The position numbers and the translations under genes were made by a program. From an uncultured Chlorobiaceae bacterium (GTDB taxonomy: Bacteria; Bacteroidota; Chlorobiia; Chlorobiales; Chlorobiaceae), in assembly GCA_903843305.1 (NCBI GenBank), contig CAIMPI010000042.1, forward strand, positions 4,920 through 68,919: a stretch of DNA of 64,000 nucleotides, in the 5' to 3' direction. Below the pieces are notes generated by a model, which worked only from the letters and a program-made list of their open reading frames with translations, ran no database searches and had not been told where the DNA came from. Within the stretch, counting starts at the first letter, position 1; the number at the start of each line of letters is the position of its first letter. Shown piece after piece: positions 39,961 to 50,747 of the stretch.

Positions 39961-41204
39961 GTATTGTGAAGAGAGAGTATGCATCGGTTCGGGATATTTT
40001 CAGTTTGCCGGTGATTGTGGCTGCGCTGGGTTATTTTGTCGACATCTATGATCTGGTGCTGTTCAGCATTGTCAGGGTGCCGAGTCTGAAATCGTTCGGG
40101 CTTTCCGGCAAGGAGTTGATCGATTACGGGGTCTATCTGCTTAATATGCAGATGATTGGTATGCTGGCAGGCGGCATTCTCTGGGGTTGGCTTGGCGACA
40201 AAAAGGGGCGTTTGAAAATTATGTTTGCCTCTATTTTGCTCTATTCTCTGGCTAATATTGCCAATGGCTTCGTCTCTTCGCTTCCGGCGTATGCTGTACT
40301 GCGATTTATTGCAGGTGTGGGTCTTGCCGGAGAACTTGGCGCTGGTATCACGCTGGTGTCGGAGGTGCTGCATACAAAGATACGTGGTTACGGCACCATG
40401 CTTGTTGCCTCTATCGGTGTTTCAGGCGCTATTCTTGCCAACATGGTTGCGAACACTTATGAGTGGCATAATGCCTTTTTTATTGGAGGATGTCTCGGAC
40501 TTTTATTGCTGATAGCCCGTCTTAAAGTCGCAGAGTCGGGGATGTTTAAGGCCATGGAGGAAAAAACCGGAGTCAGCCGGGGTAACATGTTTGCGCTCTT
40601 TACTGATCGCAGTCGTTTTTTCCGCTATCTCAACTCGATTATGATCGGGGTACCCATCTGGTTTATTGTCGGTGTACTCATTACTTTTTCGCCTGAATTT
40701 GGTGTTGTGCTGGGGATTACCGGACCCGTGTCTGCCGGAAATGCAGTGATGTACTGTTATCTTGGTCTTGTGTTTGGTGATCTTTCCAGTGGTCTGCTGA
40801 GCCAGTTATTGCAGAGCAGAAAGAGGGTTATTCTGTTGTTCATGTTTCTTGCAGTAGGATCGGTTGCACTCTATTTTCTGCAGGGAAGACAGAGTCCACA
40901 ATTCTTTTATGTTGTTTGTGCCCTTCTTGGTTTTTCAGGCGGATACTGGGCTATTTTTGTCACGGTTGCCGCAGAACAGTTCGGGACAAACCTTCGAGCA
41001 ACTGTTGCAACCACAGTGCCCAACCTTGTTCGCGGCATGGTTGTGCCGATTACTATGCTTTTTCAGTTTTTCCGGGGAATGTTTGGTATGGAATCAGGGG
41101 CAGTACTGGTTGGCGCTCTCTGCATGACAGCCGCCTTTTTATCCCTCAGAGCTCTTGAGGAGACTTTCCATAAGGATCTTGATTATTATGAAGAGTTCCT
41201 GTGA
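39957..41204 (+). CDS. MFS transporter
   Basis: LGYFVDIYDL, GWLGDKKGR and EQFGTNLRAT motifs; about 12 TM segments. Confidence 0.9.
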   Translation: MSIVKREYASVRDIFSLPVIVAALGYFVDIYDLVLFSIVRVPSLKSFGLSGKELIDYGVYLLNMQMIGMLAGGILWGWLGDKKGRLKIMFASILLYSLANIANGFVSSLPAYAVLRFIAGVGLAGELGAGITLVSEVLHTKIRGYGTMLVASIGVSGAILANMVANTYEWHNAFFIGGCLGLLLLIARLKVAESGMFKAMEEKTGVSRGNMFALFTDRSRFFRYLNSIMIGVPIWFIVGVLITFSPEFGVVLGITGPVSAGNAVMYCYLGLVFGDLSSGLLSQLLQSRKRVILLFMFLAVGSVALYFLQGRQSPQFFYVVCALLGFSGGYWAIFVTVAAEQFGTNLRATVATTVPNLVRGMVVPITMLFQFFRGMFGMESGAVLVGALCMTAAFLSLRALEETFHKDLDYYEEFL

Positions 41205-41242
41205 CTTTACCAATATCCCGCCTCTCTGGTGCTTGTCTTTCT

Positions 41243-44080
41243 TCAGCCCCCCAGCTCCGTTTTCAAAAACATCCCGGTATAAGAGTGTTCCATCAGGGCA
41301 ATCTCTTCGGGAGTGCCTTCGGCAATAACCTTTCCTCCCTCGTAGCCTCCTTCAGGCCCAATATCAATAATCCAGTCGCTGTTTTTTATAATATCAAGAT
41401 TGTGCTCAATGATAATGACGCTGTTGCCTTTGTCAACGAGTTTTCGCAGAACTTCGAGCAGGTGCTGAATGTCCTGGAAGTGTAGTCCGGTCGTTGGTTC
41501 ATCAAGAATGTAGAGGGTTTTGCCTGTCTGTATTTTGGCCAGTTCGGCTGACAGCTTGATTCGCTGAGCTTCGCCGCCCGAAAGCATAGGAGAGGGCTGG
41601 CCAAGCTTGAGGTAGCCAAGACCAACACTCTGCATGGTTTTGAGGATTCTGAGAATTCGGGGAAAGTCGACAAAGAATTCTGCAGCTTCGGTGATGGTCA
41701 TTTCAAGTACATCTGCAATTGATTTCCCGCGGTATTTGACCAACAGTGTTTCACGGTTGTATCGTTCTCCCTTGCAGTTTTCACAGCGAACATAGACGTC
41801 GGGCAGAAAGTTCATCTCAATTTTTCTTGTGCCCGATCCCTGGCAGACCTCGCATCGTCCACCCTTGACGTTGAAGCTGAATCTTCCGGCTTTATAACCC
41901 CTGATTTGTGCTTCGGGCATACGGGTAAAGAAGTCGCGGATAAAGGTGAAGGCGCCAGTATAGGTTGCCGGGTTTGAGCGAGGTGTACGGCCAATTGGCG
42001 ACTGGTCAACATTGACGACCTTGTCGATATGCTGAATTCCCTCAATGCTCTCATAAGGGTAGGTGAGCAGCTTGGAGCGGTAGAAGTGGCGTGCAAGGAT
42101 CGGAAAAAGCGTCTCGTTGATGATGGTGGATTTACCGGAGCCACTGACGCCAGTAATGCTCACGAGAGAGCTGAGGGGAATGCTGACATCAATGTTTTGG
42201 AGGTTGTTGCCTTTGCATCCTTTCAGTCGGAGGAATTGTTGTTCGTCTGTAGTTTTCTTTCCTTCGCCCTTGAAATAAACCTGCCGGGTCCCGGAGAGAT
42301 ATTCTGCTGTCAACGATTTGGGGTCAAGGGAAGCGGCAGCTCCCTGGGCGACAATTTCTCCGCCGTACTCTCCTGCTCCTGGTCCAAGATCAATGATTTC
42401 ATCAGCTTCAAGCATGGTGTCTTTATCGTGCTCTACGACCAGCACGGTGTTGCCCAGGTCTCTGAGGCGTTTCAGCGATGCAATCAGCTTGTGGTTGTCC
42501 CGCTGGTGCAGTCCGATGCTTGGCTCGTCAAGCACATACAGTACTCCACTGAGTTGCGAGCCGAGCTGAGAGGCAAGTCTGATGCGCTGTGCTTCGCCGC
42601 CTGAAAGAGTTTGTGAGCTGCGATCAAGCGAAAGGTAACCAAGTCCGACATTCAAGAGAAATTCAAGTCGCTTGACGATTTCATGTAAAACCGGTGTTGC
42701 AACAAGACGCTCTTTTGCAGTCAGTTTGTCGGGCAGTGTTTTGAAAAAGTTGAGAGCTTCCGGTAAAGGCAGCGCTTCTGATTCAGCAATATTGAGGTCA
42801 TTTATTTTTACCAGCAGACTCTCTTTGCGTAGTCGGGCTCCGTTGCATGCCGGGCAGGGTTGATGGATCATGTAGCTTTCTGCCCACTCCCGTATTTTGG
42901 CAGAACTCGCATGTTTCCGTATTTCTTCAACGTAAGGAACCATTCCGGGAAAGGGTTGCGGGTAGAGTGTATCGCGGCCGGAGTAGGTATAGCTGACGTC
43001 AAAGGTGCGACTGCCCGATCCTTCCAGCAAAATTTTCATTGCCTCTTTTGGAATATCTCCTGCAGGCGTATCAAGAGTGAATTTAAATTCTCTGGCGATT
43101 GCCCTGATTATCTGCCAGAGATTTCGCTTTCCGGATTTCCCGAATGGATCGAGGCCACCTTCGTTGAGAGAGAGCGATAGATCAGGAACCATCAAGTCTC
43201 CCGAAAGCTGCATGAGCTCTCCGAGACCGTTGCACTCAGGGCAGGCGCCGTAAGGGGAGTTGAAGCTGAAGTGGTTCGGCGCAAGTGTATCAACGGGGAC
43301 GGAACCGTCAGAGTAGGCGTAACGTGTACTGAAGGTGAGCTCTTTCAGTTTACTCTCACTCGGATCACAGATAACTGATGATTTGTGCTCCGACATGCCG
43401 ACGGCAAGGCTGATGGCCTGTTTCAGGCGCTCTTCGCAGTCTGGAGAGATAACCAGGCGATCTACTACCAGTTCAATGGAGTGGCTTTTATAGCGTTCAA
43501 TCTGCATTGCTTTCTCCATTTCCTGATATTTTCCGTCAATGCGGACCCGGAGAAATCCCTTGAGGAGCAGCCGTTCGAAGAGTTCACGGTAATGGCCTTT
43601 ACGTCCTGTGACAAGGGGAGAAAGGATCTGCACTTTCGTACCGTGCGGTAGTGAGAGAATAGTTTCGACTATGCTTTCTTCACTTTGTTGACGCAGCATA
43701 TCGCCGGTTACAGGGTCATAGCGTCTGCCAGCCTTGGCGTAGAGCAGGCGGATAAAGTCATGAATTTCGGTGATGGTGCCAACCGTTGAGCGTGGCGAAC
43801 GGTTGGTGCTTTTCTGGTCGATGGAAATGACTGGCGAGAGCCCTTCAATAAAATCCACGTCCGGGCGTTCAATACTGCCGATATATTGCCGGGCATAGGA
43901 TGAAAGAGTTTCCATAAAGCGGCGCTGTCCTTCTGCATAAATAGTGTCGAAGGCAAGGCTGGACTTTCCCGAACCTGACAGGCCGGTGATAACAACAAAC
44001 TTGTTGCGTGGGATATCAAGAGAGATGTTTTTGAGGTTGTGTACTCTGGCTCCCCTGATGTTAATATGACTGAATTCCAT
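41243..44080 (-). CDS. uvrA: Excinuclease ABC subunit A
   Basis: Two ABC ATPase domains ([18 protein letters not shown] x2) and zinc fingers. Confidence 0.98.
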   Translation of the reverse strand: MEFSHINIRGARVHNLKNISLDIPRNKFVVITGLSGSGKSSLAFDTIYAEGQRRFMETLSSYARQYIGSIERPDVDFIEGLSPVISIDQKSTNRSPRSTVGTITEIHDFIRLLYAKAGRRYDPVTGDMLRQQSEESIVETILSLPHGTKVQILSPLVTGRKGHYRELFERLLLKGFLRVRIDGKYQEMEKAMQIERYKSHSIELVVDRLVISPDCEERLKQAISLAVGMSEHKSSVICDPSESKLKELTFSTRYAYSDGSVPVDTLAPNHFSFNSPYGACPECNGLGELMQLSGDLMVPDLSLSLNEGGLDPFGKSGKRNLWQIIRAIAREFKFTLDTPAGDIPKEAMKILLEGSGSRTFDVSYTYSGRDTLYPQPFPGMVPYVEEIRKHASSAKIREWAESYMIHQPCPACNGARLRKESLLVKINDLNIAESEALPLPEALNFFKTLPDKLTAKERLVATPVLHEIVKRLEFLLNVGLGYLSLDRSSQTLSGGEAQRIRLASQLGSQLSGVLYVLDEPSIGLHQRDNHKLIASLKRLRDLGNTVLVVEHDKDTMLEADEIIDLGPGAGEYGGEIVAQGAAASLDPKSLTAEYLSGTRQVYFKGEGKKTTDEQQFLRLKGCKGNNLQNIDVSIPLSSLVSITGVSGSGKSTIINETLFPILARHFYRSKLLTYPYESIEGIQHIDKVVNVDQSPIGRTPRSNPATYTGAFTFIRDFFTRMPEAQIRGYKAGRFSFNVKGGRCEVCQGSGTRKIEMNFLPDVYVRCENCKGERYNRETLLVKYRGKSIADVLEMTITEAAEFFVDFPRILRILKTMQSVGLGYLKLGQPSPMLSGGEAQRIKLSAELAKIQTGKTLYILDEPTTGLHFQDIQHLLEVLRKLVDKGNSVIIIEHNLDIIKNSDWIIDIGPEGGYEGGKVIAEGTPEEIALMEHSYTGMFLKTELGG

Positions 44081-44222
44081 GTGTTTTTGTTTGCTCTGCG
44101 TAAAAAAAACTTTGTAAAAAAAGTTTCTGTTTTATATTTGGCTCATTCGTCAGGTTGATTCAAAACAGGATGGACACTATTTCTTTGATTATAAATAACG
44201 CAACATAAAAGCAATATTCAAT

Positions 44223-44387
44223 ATGGAAATTATTTACCAGAAGCAAGCTGAAAAAGGCAAACAGTGTCAGGATTGCCAAAGCTATACCCCAAAGGATACC
44301 GACCCGGTTGTCGGCACCTGTTTTGGCAAGGATGTTGTCGCCGAAGGTGGCTGCATGTTTTTCAAGAAAAAAGAGGCGCAATCCTAA
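44223..44387 (+). CDS. Small 4-Cys HiPIP-like putative iron-sulfur protein (54 aa; absent from the ORF track)
   Basis: MEIIYQKQAEKGKQCQDCQSYTPKDTDPVVGTCFGKDVVAEGGCMFFKKKEAQS*; Cx2Cx14Cx10C; followed by a terminator. Confidence 0.65.
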   Translation: MEIIYQKQAEKGKQCQDCQSYTPKDTDPVVGTCFGKDVVAEGGCMFFKKKEAQS

Positions 44388-44406
44388 GGTTATTACTATA
44401 TCGAAC

Positions 44407-44450
44407 TATCAATGAAAAAGGCGGCCTTGAGGCCGCCTTTTTCATTGATA
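44407..44450. terminator. Bidirectional intrinsic terminator with a perfect 20-bp stem
   Basis: TATCAATGAAAAAGGCGGCC-TTGA-GGCCGCCTTTTTCATTGATA, between the converging HiPIP-like gene and ppdK. Confidence 0.85.
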
Positions 44451-44469
44451 CCATGTTGTATCGAACGGG

Positions 44470-47220
44470 TCAGCCTCGCAGTGCGGCTCTTGCTGCAGCA
44501 AGGCGTGCAATCGGCACCCTGAACGGACTGCAAGAGACGTAGTTAAGCCCTAACTGGTGACAGAACTCGACGGTTGAAGGATCGCCTCCATGTTCGCCGC
44601 AGATGCCAAGTTTGAGATCTGGTTTTACAGCACGTCCCTCTTTTGCTGAGATGCTCATCAACCTTCCTACGCCATCAATGTCAATGGATTCAAAGGGGTT
44701 GCGTGGAAAGATATCCTGCTGCTGGTAGACCGGCAGGAACTGTCCGGAGTCGTCGCGGCTCATGCCAAGACCCATCTGGGTCAGGTCATTGGTACCGTAA
44801 CTGAAGAAATCGGCAGCGGTGGCAATCTGGTCGGAGGTAATTGCGGCACGTGGTACCTCAATCATAGTGCCTACAAGGTATTTAACTCCAGTACCCTGTT
44901 CCGCAAAGACGCTGCGTGCTGTTTTGTGAATGATTTCGCTGGTGATTTCAAGCTCTTTAACGGTACTGATCAGTGGTACCATGATTTCAGGTACAACGTC
45001 AAAGCCCTCTTTCTTAAGCTGGCAGGCGGCTTCGATAATTGCTCTGACCTGCATAACGGTTATCTCGGGATGAAGGATGCCGAGGCGACAGCCGCGGAGT
45101 CCAAGCATGGGGTTGAATTCGTGCAGATCGCCGATACGTGCTTTTACTGCTTCAAACGATTTGCCCATTTTGCTGGCCAGAGCATTGATTTCACTGTCGG
45201 TGTGTGGCAGGAACTCATGAAGCGGAGGATCGAGAAGCCTGATGGTGACCGGACGAGCGCCCATGGCTTTGAAGAGGCCATAGAAATCATCACGCTGGTA
45301 AGGGAGGAGTTTTTCAAGAGCCTTTTTGCGACCGTCAACATCGTCGGCCAGAATCATCTCTCTCATCGAATCAATACGTTCGCCGCCGAAGAACATGTGC
45401 TCGGTACGGCAGAGACCTATACCTTCTGCGCCGAAGGTAATGGCGATTTCTGCTTGGTCTGGCTGGTCAGCATTCGTGCGGATATTGAGTTTACGGTATT
45501 TATCAGCCCACTCCATAAGCTGTTTGTAGATAGGCCAGGTCTCTGCATCTTCCGGTTTGAGAGTCTTATCAACCAGCACCTCAATAATTTCAGAGTTTTT
45601 GGTCGGAATTTTGCCGGCAATGACTTCACCGGTGCTTCCATCAATGGAGATATAATCGCCTTCTAAAAGGACGGTATCTTTTCCGGCTACTCGCATTTCG
45701 CCTTTCTGGTAGTCGATATTGAGAGCACCGCATCCTACAACACAGACCTTGCCCATCTGACGGGCTACCAGTGCTGCGTGCGAGGTCATGCCGCCACGCT
45801 GGGTGAGAATGCCTTCAGAGGCGGCCATACCCTTGATATCTTCAGGAGATGTTTCGATGCGGACGAGAATGACCGCTTCGCCACGCTTGCCAGCTTCGTA
45901 GGCATCAACGGCATTAAAGTAGATTTTGCCGGTTGCGGCACCTGGGCCGGCATTCAGCCCTGTTGCAAGGAGTCTTCCAGAAGTAACGGCTGCCTTTTTC
46001 TCTTTCATGTCAAAGACAGGGCGGAGCAACTGGTTGAGCTGTTCAGGTTCAATGCGCATCAGCGCCTCTTTTTCATCGATCAGTTTTTCGTTGAACATGT
46101 CAACGGCGATTTTTACTGCGGCCATTCCGGTTCTCTTGCCTACCCGGCACTGCAGCATGAAGAGTTTGTCGTTCTCGATGGTGAACTCAATGTCCATCAT
46201 GTCGCGGTAGTGGTGTTCGAGAATTGAGCGGATCTCATCGAGCTGGTTGTAAATGCGGGGATTTTCTGCCTTGAGCTGTTCAATTTTCAGTGGGGTTCTT
46301 GTGCCGGCCACAACGTCTTCGCCTTGGGCGTTCATGAGAAACTCGCCGTAGAAGATGTTGTCGCCAGTTGCGGCATCGCGGGTGAAAGCTACACCCGTTC
46401 CGCAATCTTCACCCATGTTTCCAAAAACCATAGCCTGAACGTTGCAGGCGGTTCCCCAGTAACCGGGAATATGGTTCAGTTTGCGATAAACAATGGCGCG
46501 TTCGTTGTTCCAACTGTTGAAAACGGCACCGATTGCACCAATAAGCTGTTCGTGCGGATCTTCAGGAAATGTTCTGCCGGTTTTTTCAAGAATGGCCGCC
46601 TTGTATTTGGCAACGATATCCTGGAGGTCTTCAACGCTGAATTCGGTGTCAAGTGTGATGCCGAGTTCGTGTTTTTTTGCTTCAAGGATTTTTTCAAAAG
46701 GGTCAATCTGTTTTTTATCGGTCGGCTTGAGGTCAAGCACGACATCGCCATACATCTGCACAAAGCGGCGGTAGCAGTCCCATGCAAAGCGGGGGTTTCC
46801 TGATTTTCTGGCCAGACCGTCTACGGTTGCGCTGTTCAGGCCAAGATTAAGAATGGTGTCCATCATGCCGGGCATTGAGGCTCTTGCACCTGAACGAACC
46901 GAGACGAGTAGCGGATTTTCCGGGTCACCGAATTTTTTACCTAACGCATCTTCAACTTTTTTGAGCGCATCCGGAATTTCTTTCTCAAAAAGATTCTGCG
47001 GGTAGTTTTTTTGATTGTCATAATAATAGGTACAAACTTCGGTTGAAATGGTGAATCCCGGAGGAACCGGTAATCCGATGTTTGCCATTTCAGCAAGGTT
47101 TGCACCTTTGCCTCCAAGCAGGTTTTTCATGGACGCATCACCTTCAGACGAACCGCCCGAGAAACTGTAAATGTATTGTTTACCGGCAGTCGATTTGTTT
47201 GTAATCTCAGATTTTGGCAT
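44470..47220 (-). CDS. ppdK: Pyruvate, phosphate dikinase
   Basis: [46 protein letters not shown] and [10 protein letters not shown] motifs. Confidence 0.98.
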   Translation of the reverse strand: MPKSEITNKSTAGKQYIYSFSGGSSEGDASMKNLLGGKGANLAEMANIGLPVPPGFTISTEVCTYYYDNQKNYPQNLFEKEIPDALKKVEDALGKKFGDPENPLLVSVRSGARASMPGMMDTILNLGLNSATVDGLARKSGNPRFAWDCYRRFVQMYGDVVLDLKPTDKKQIDPFEKILEAKKHELGITLDTEFSVEDLQDIVAKYKAAILEKTGRTFPEDPHEQLIGAIGAVFNSWNNERAIVYRKLNHIPGYWGTACNVQAMVFGNMGEDCGTGVAFTRDAATGDNIFYGEFLMNAQGEDVVAGTRTPLKIEQLKAENPRIYNQLDEIRSILEHHYRDMMDIEFTIENDKLFMLQCRVGKRTGMAAVKIAVDMFNEKLIDEKEALMRIEPEQLNQLLRPVFDMKEKKAAVTSGRLLATGLNAGPGAATGKIYFNAVDAYEAGKRGEAVILVRIETSPEDIKGMAASEGILTQRGGMTSHAALVARQMGKVCVVGCGALNIDYQKGEMRVAGKDTVLLEGDYISIDGSTGEVIAGKIPTKNSEIIEVLVDKTLKPEDAETWPIYKQLMEWADKYRKLNIRTNADQPDQAEIAITFGAEGIGLCRTEHMFFGGERIDSMREMILADDVDGRKKALEKLLPYQRDDFYGLFKAMGARPVTIRLLDPPLHEFLPHTDSEINALASKMGKSFEAVKARIGDLHEFNPMLGLRGCRLGILHPEITVMQVRAIIEAACQLKKEGFDVVPEIMVPLISTVKELEITSEIIHKTARSVFAEQGTGVKYLVGTMIEVPRAAITSDQIATAADFFSYGTNDLTQMGLGMSRDDSGQFLPVYQQQDIFPRNPFESIDIDGVGRLMSISAKEGRAVKPDLKLGICGEHGGDPSTVEFCHQLGLNYVSCSPFRVPIARLAAARAALRG

Positions 47221-47369
47221 GATTTTGAGGAGTAATTATGTTTGTTTCACCCAAAAAAACTGGAGCGGATGGTGATAAAACAGGTGAAGTTGACTACTTT
47301 TAATAGAATTCTAATTTAATAAAAACCGGATGGAAAAACTACCGGAAAGGATATTCATTCTTATCTATT

Positions 47370-48251
47370 ATGGGAATTGAGCCGCTTGTTATTCTTCTGC
47401 AAATTGTACGTCTTGCTGTGCCATACATTCTTACTTCTGTTGGGGCGACATTTTCGGAACGGGGTGGGGTGGTCAATCTTGCTCTTGAAGGCATGATGCT
47501 TGTCGGTGCATTCGGCGCGGCTTTTGGTCAGTATCGGACAGGCTCTGCCTTGGCAGGAATATTTCTGGCTGTTCTTTGTGGTCTGGGTGTTGCGTTACTT
47601 TTTGCTTTTATTACGGTTTCTTTGAAGGCTGACCAGATTGTTGCTGGTATTGCCATCAATATTCTTGTTATGGGTGCGACTCGTTTCGGGCTCAGCCTGC
47701 TCTTCGGAAGTTCGATGAATTCGGAGCGGATTGCTGGTGTTGAAGTTCTCTCTCTTTTGGTCGATCCACTTTTTCTTGCAGCAGTTGTTTCAGTTCTGGC
47801 AGGCCATCTGCTGCTATTCAAGACACCTTATGGCTTGAGGCTTCGTGCAACTGGCGAAAGTGCTGAAGCTGCTGACAGTGCAGGTATCAATGTTGATCGC
47901 ATGCGCTATTCTGGAGTGCTTGTGTCTGGAGCACTCGCGGCTCTTGCAGGAGCGTTTCTTGTCTTTCAGCAACACACTTTCACCGATAATATGTCGGCTG
48001 GTAGAGGATATATCGCTCTTGCTGCCATGATTATCGGCAAGTGGACCCCGGCTGGTGCTGCCCTTGCCAGTTTATTGTTTGCTGCCACCGAATCGATGGA
48101 AATCTGGCTCCAGACAGGATGGATTCCTTCGCAGTTGGTGCAGTCAATGCCCTATATTATAACGCTTTTGGTGCTTGCCGGGTTTGTCGGCAGGGCTTCA
48201 GCTCCCCGTGATGCAGGTATTCCCTTTGAGAAAAACCGCAGATCAGAATAG
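47370..48251 (+). CDS. ABC transporter permease (nucleoside/sugar type)
   Basis: SERGGVVNLALEG, GLRLRATGE and GRGYIALAAMIIGKW motifs. Confidence 0.88.
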   Translation: MGIEPLVILLQIVRLAVPYILTSVGATFSERGGVVNLALEGMMLVGAFGAAFGQYRTGSALAGIFLAVLCGLGVALLFAFITVSLKADQIVAGIAINILVMGATRFGLSLLFGSSMNSERIAGVEVLSLLVDPLFLAAVVSVLAGHLLLFKTPYGLRLRATGESAEAADSAGINVDRMRYSGVLVSGALAALAGAFLVFQQHTFTDNMSAGRGYIALAAMIIGKWTPAGAALASLLFAATESMEIWLQTGWIPSQLVQSMPYIITLLVLAGFVGRASAPRDAGIPFEKNRRSE

Positions 48252-48338
48252 GTTGAGCCGGTCAATGACAAGTTTTTCAATACCTTTGGTCACTACATGG
48301 ATTTCCGATCTGATTTTTCCATTGAATGAATTCTTACT

Positions 48339-48881
48339 ATGATTACTCCTGAAAAAACACTCCTGTTGATTATTGATGTGCAGGGCAGGCTTGCAAAGGC
48401 TGTATTTCAGCCGGAGGTTGTGGAAAAAAATATAAATAAGTTGCTCAGAGCTTGCATGATTTTGGATATGCCGGTTCTTGTGACTGAACAGTATCCGAAG
48501 GGTCTTGGTCGTACAGTTGATTCTTTGCTGGAGCTGATGCCCGGCAATCTTCCTGTGGAAAAAATTTCATTTAGTTGTTGTGGAAGCCTGGGGTTCATGA
48601 GTCAGCTTCGTTCATTCAACCGTAATGATATTCTTGTTGCAGGCATCGAAACCCATGTCTGTGTTTATCAGACCGCAGTGGAGCTTCTCGAGTTTGGTTG
48701 CAATGTTCATCTGGTGACAGACTGTGTTTCGTCGAGAACTGAAGAAAACAAACTTCTCGGAATTCGTTGTATTGAAAAAGCCGGGGCCTCTCTGACCAGT
48801 ACTGAAATGGCTGTTTTTGAACTATTGCGCGTGGCTGAGGGAGAGCGGTTCAAGGCGATATCCACTATTGTGAAGGAGTAG
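48339..48881 (+). CDS. Isochorismatase-family hydrolase
   Basis: IIDVQ, TEQYPKGLG, GIETHVCVYQT motifs. Confidence 0.9.
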   Translation: MITPEKTLLLIIDVQGRLAKAVFQPEVVEKNINKLLRACMILDMPVLVTEQYPKGLGRTVDSLLELMPGNLPVEKISFSCCGSLGFMSQLRSFNRNDILVAGIETHVCVYQTAVELLEFGCNVHLVTDCVSSRTEENKLLGIRCIEKAGASLTSTEMAVFELLRVAEGERFKAISTIVKE

Positions 48882-48894
48882 AAAGGGGTGCTTG

Positions 48895-49962
48895 TTATTT
48901 TCCGATAACCGCGTTCAGCATTGACTGTATTGTTTCTTTGCCTTCAAAAATATCAGTTTCGATTTTGAGATAGTAACAGGGTCTTGTGGTAATGATGCGG
49001 ATGAGCTCGGGACGTCCGAGCATCCGGAAGTAGTCTTTTTCTGTGGTGATAAGACTCAGTCCTTTTTCTTCGGCTTCCCGTCGCACAGATTCCAGCTTTT
49101 TTGCGCTATAAGGCTCATGGTCCTGGAAAAAGCGGTGTGCAGAAACAGTTATTCCTTGTTCTGTGAGGCTTTCGATAAAGCTTTCGGGAGAGGCGATACC
49201 TGCAAATGCAAGAACATTAAGGTTTTCGGCTGACAATGCTTCATCTGAAGTTTTAAATTCTCCCGAGAAACAGATCAGCTCTCCAATTTTAACTTGTGAT
49301 TTAATAACAGGTTTTCCGTTTTTTTGTAGTTCATTCATTATTCGGTCGGCGGTTTCTCTATCGGTTATCTTGTTCAGAACAATCAGATCAGCTCTTGAGA
49401 GATTTTTCAGCGGTTCTCTCAGTCGGCCTTCAGGCAGCATTTTTGCCTTGAAATAAGGTTCAGAGGCATTGATAACGGCGATGTTGAGCGCCCTATCAAT
49501 CTGGCGGTGCTGGAAAGCGTCGTCAAGAATGATGACAGAGGGGGCTCTTTTGGCAAAGTGCTTGGCGATCCAGGTTACAGCATCCTCTCTTTTTTTTGCA
49601 ACCATGACAATGGCGTCAGGGTTGTTCCAGGCGAGCATTGCTGTTTCGTCGCCAGCCTCCCTGCTGCTGAGAAAGATCCTTTGACCGTCAGAGACAAGTT
49701 GTATTCCTTTTGACTCCCTCAGGTACCCGCGCGACACAATTGCCGGTTTGCAGCCGATTGAGAGATAGTATTTGACGATCCAGTCCACCAGAGGAGTTTT
49801 CCCTGTACCGCCCGCTGAAAGGTTGCCTATTGAGACAACAGGAATAGGAGATTTCCACGGCTTGAAAAGCTGCCGGTCAAAAAGTGTATTGCGCAACTGG
49901 ATGACACCGCTATAAAGCAGCGCGGCGGGTCTGAAAAGAATAGAACGTATTTTATTCTGCAT
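48895..49962 (-). CDS. lpxK: Tetraacyldisaccharide 4'-kinase
   Basis: VSIGNLSAGGTGKTP, VSRGY and LDDAFQHR motifs; start re-called to the ATG at 49962. Confidence 0.93.
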   Translation of the reverse strand: MQNKIRSILFRPAALLYSGVIQLRNTLFDRQLFKPWKSPIPVVSIGNLSAGGTGKTPLVDWIVKYYLSIGCKPAIVSRGYLRESKGIQLVSDGQRIFLSSREAGDETAMLAWNNPDAIVMVAKKREDAVTWIAKHFAKRAPSVIILDDAFQHRQIDRALNIAVINASEPYFKAKMLPEGRLREPLKNLSRADLIVLNKITDRETADRIMNELQKNGKPVIKSQVKIGELICFSGEFKTSDEALSAENLNVLAFAGIASPESFIESLTEQGITVSAHRFFQDHEPYSAKKLESVRREAEEKGLSLITTEKDYFRMLGRPELIRIITTRPCYYLKIETDIFEGKETIQSMLNAVIGK

Positions 49963-50566
49963 GGTTGAGACGGTCAGAAAGGTTTTTTGTATAGATTTGA
50001 AGCTCTTTTTCGCTCTTGAATTCAGGAAGCTCGATAAAATGAAGCTTGACGTAGGTTTTACTGAACGGTTTTGGAATTTCAAAACAGTCCCAACTGTTAA
50101 GTGTCCATTTCTTTGTATAGTGTATTTCTGCAAACACAACAGGATAGTGGTTGTGTGAGGCCAGCCGCAAGGCCCCATATTTGAACTGATTGACCGGTCC
50201 TCGTGGCCCGTCTGGTGTAAGGACGACCAGCCACCCTTTCTGAAGGACTTCTTGCATGGCACGCTTGACCTCATCGCCCTTTTTTGAACTTGAACCTCGA
50301 ATCAGTAAAAAACCAAGCTGCTCAAGAGTGTGGGCAAGAGCTCGACCATCTTCAGAAAGGCTGACGACAGCGGCAATTTTTTTTTTGGGATAAAGGGTTC
50401 GGGCAAGCAGCCATCCAGTAATCATTTTTCCGTGCCAGAAGGCAATGATGCTCCCTTTCTCGGGCAACTGTATTTCTCGAGGTGTTATCGATATACGGAG
50501 GCTTGCATAGAGAAGCTTTAGCGCAATGGGAAGTATATAACGAGAAATCACCGGAGAGATTGACAT
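49952..50566 (-). CDS. DUF374/lysophospholipid acyltransferase-like protein
   Basis: IAFWHG, SLSEDG, IRGSS and LTPDGPRGP motifs. Confidence 0.85.
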   Translation of the reverse strand: MSISPVISRYILPIALKLLYASLRISITPREIQLPEKGSIIAFWHGKMITGWLLARTLYPKKKIAAVVSLSEDGRALAHTLEQLGFLLIRGSSSKKGDEVKRAMQEVLQKGWLVVLTPDGPRGPVNQFKYGALRLASHNHYPVVFAEIHYTKKWTLNSWDCFEIPKPFSKTYVKLHFIELPEFKSEKELQIYTKNLSDRLNHAE

Positions 50567-50747
50567 TGTGCTTAAAAATAATTAGCAGTCGGGGAATACG
50601 AGTGCACAGGAATAAATTTTTTAATTGTTTATTTTGTTTCCCATGCTTTACAGAGATGCTTTTTGTTTGTAAGTAATGAAAGCAATTTAACAAACCATGT
50701 TGATAAACTTACATGGTGAAATACGGTCAATGTCCCCAGTGAAAGCC

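Noticed and set aside
44160-44542. ORFs 44160..44381(-) and 44264..44542(+)
   Set aside because: They overlap the HiPIP-like ORF, and the second also runs through the terminator; no recognisable features.
29962-50274. 5' extensions in the ORF track (lpxK from 50274; similarly the GT from 21306, hicB from 31396, HTH from 34742, rpe from 55527)
   Set aside because: The extensions overlap neighbouring genes or scars; downstream starts match the family N-termini.
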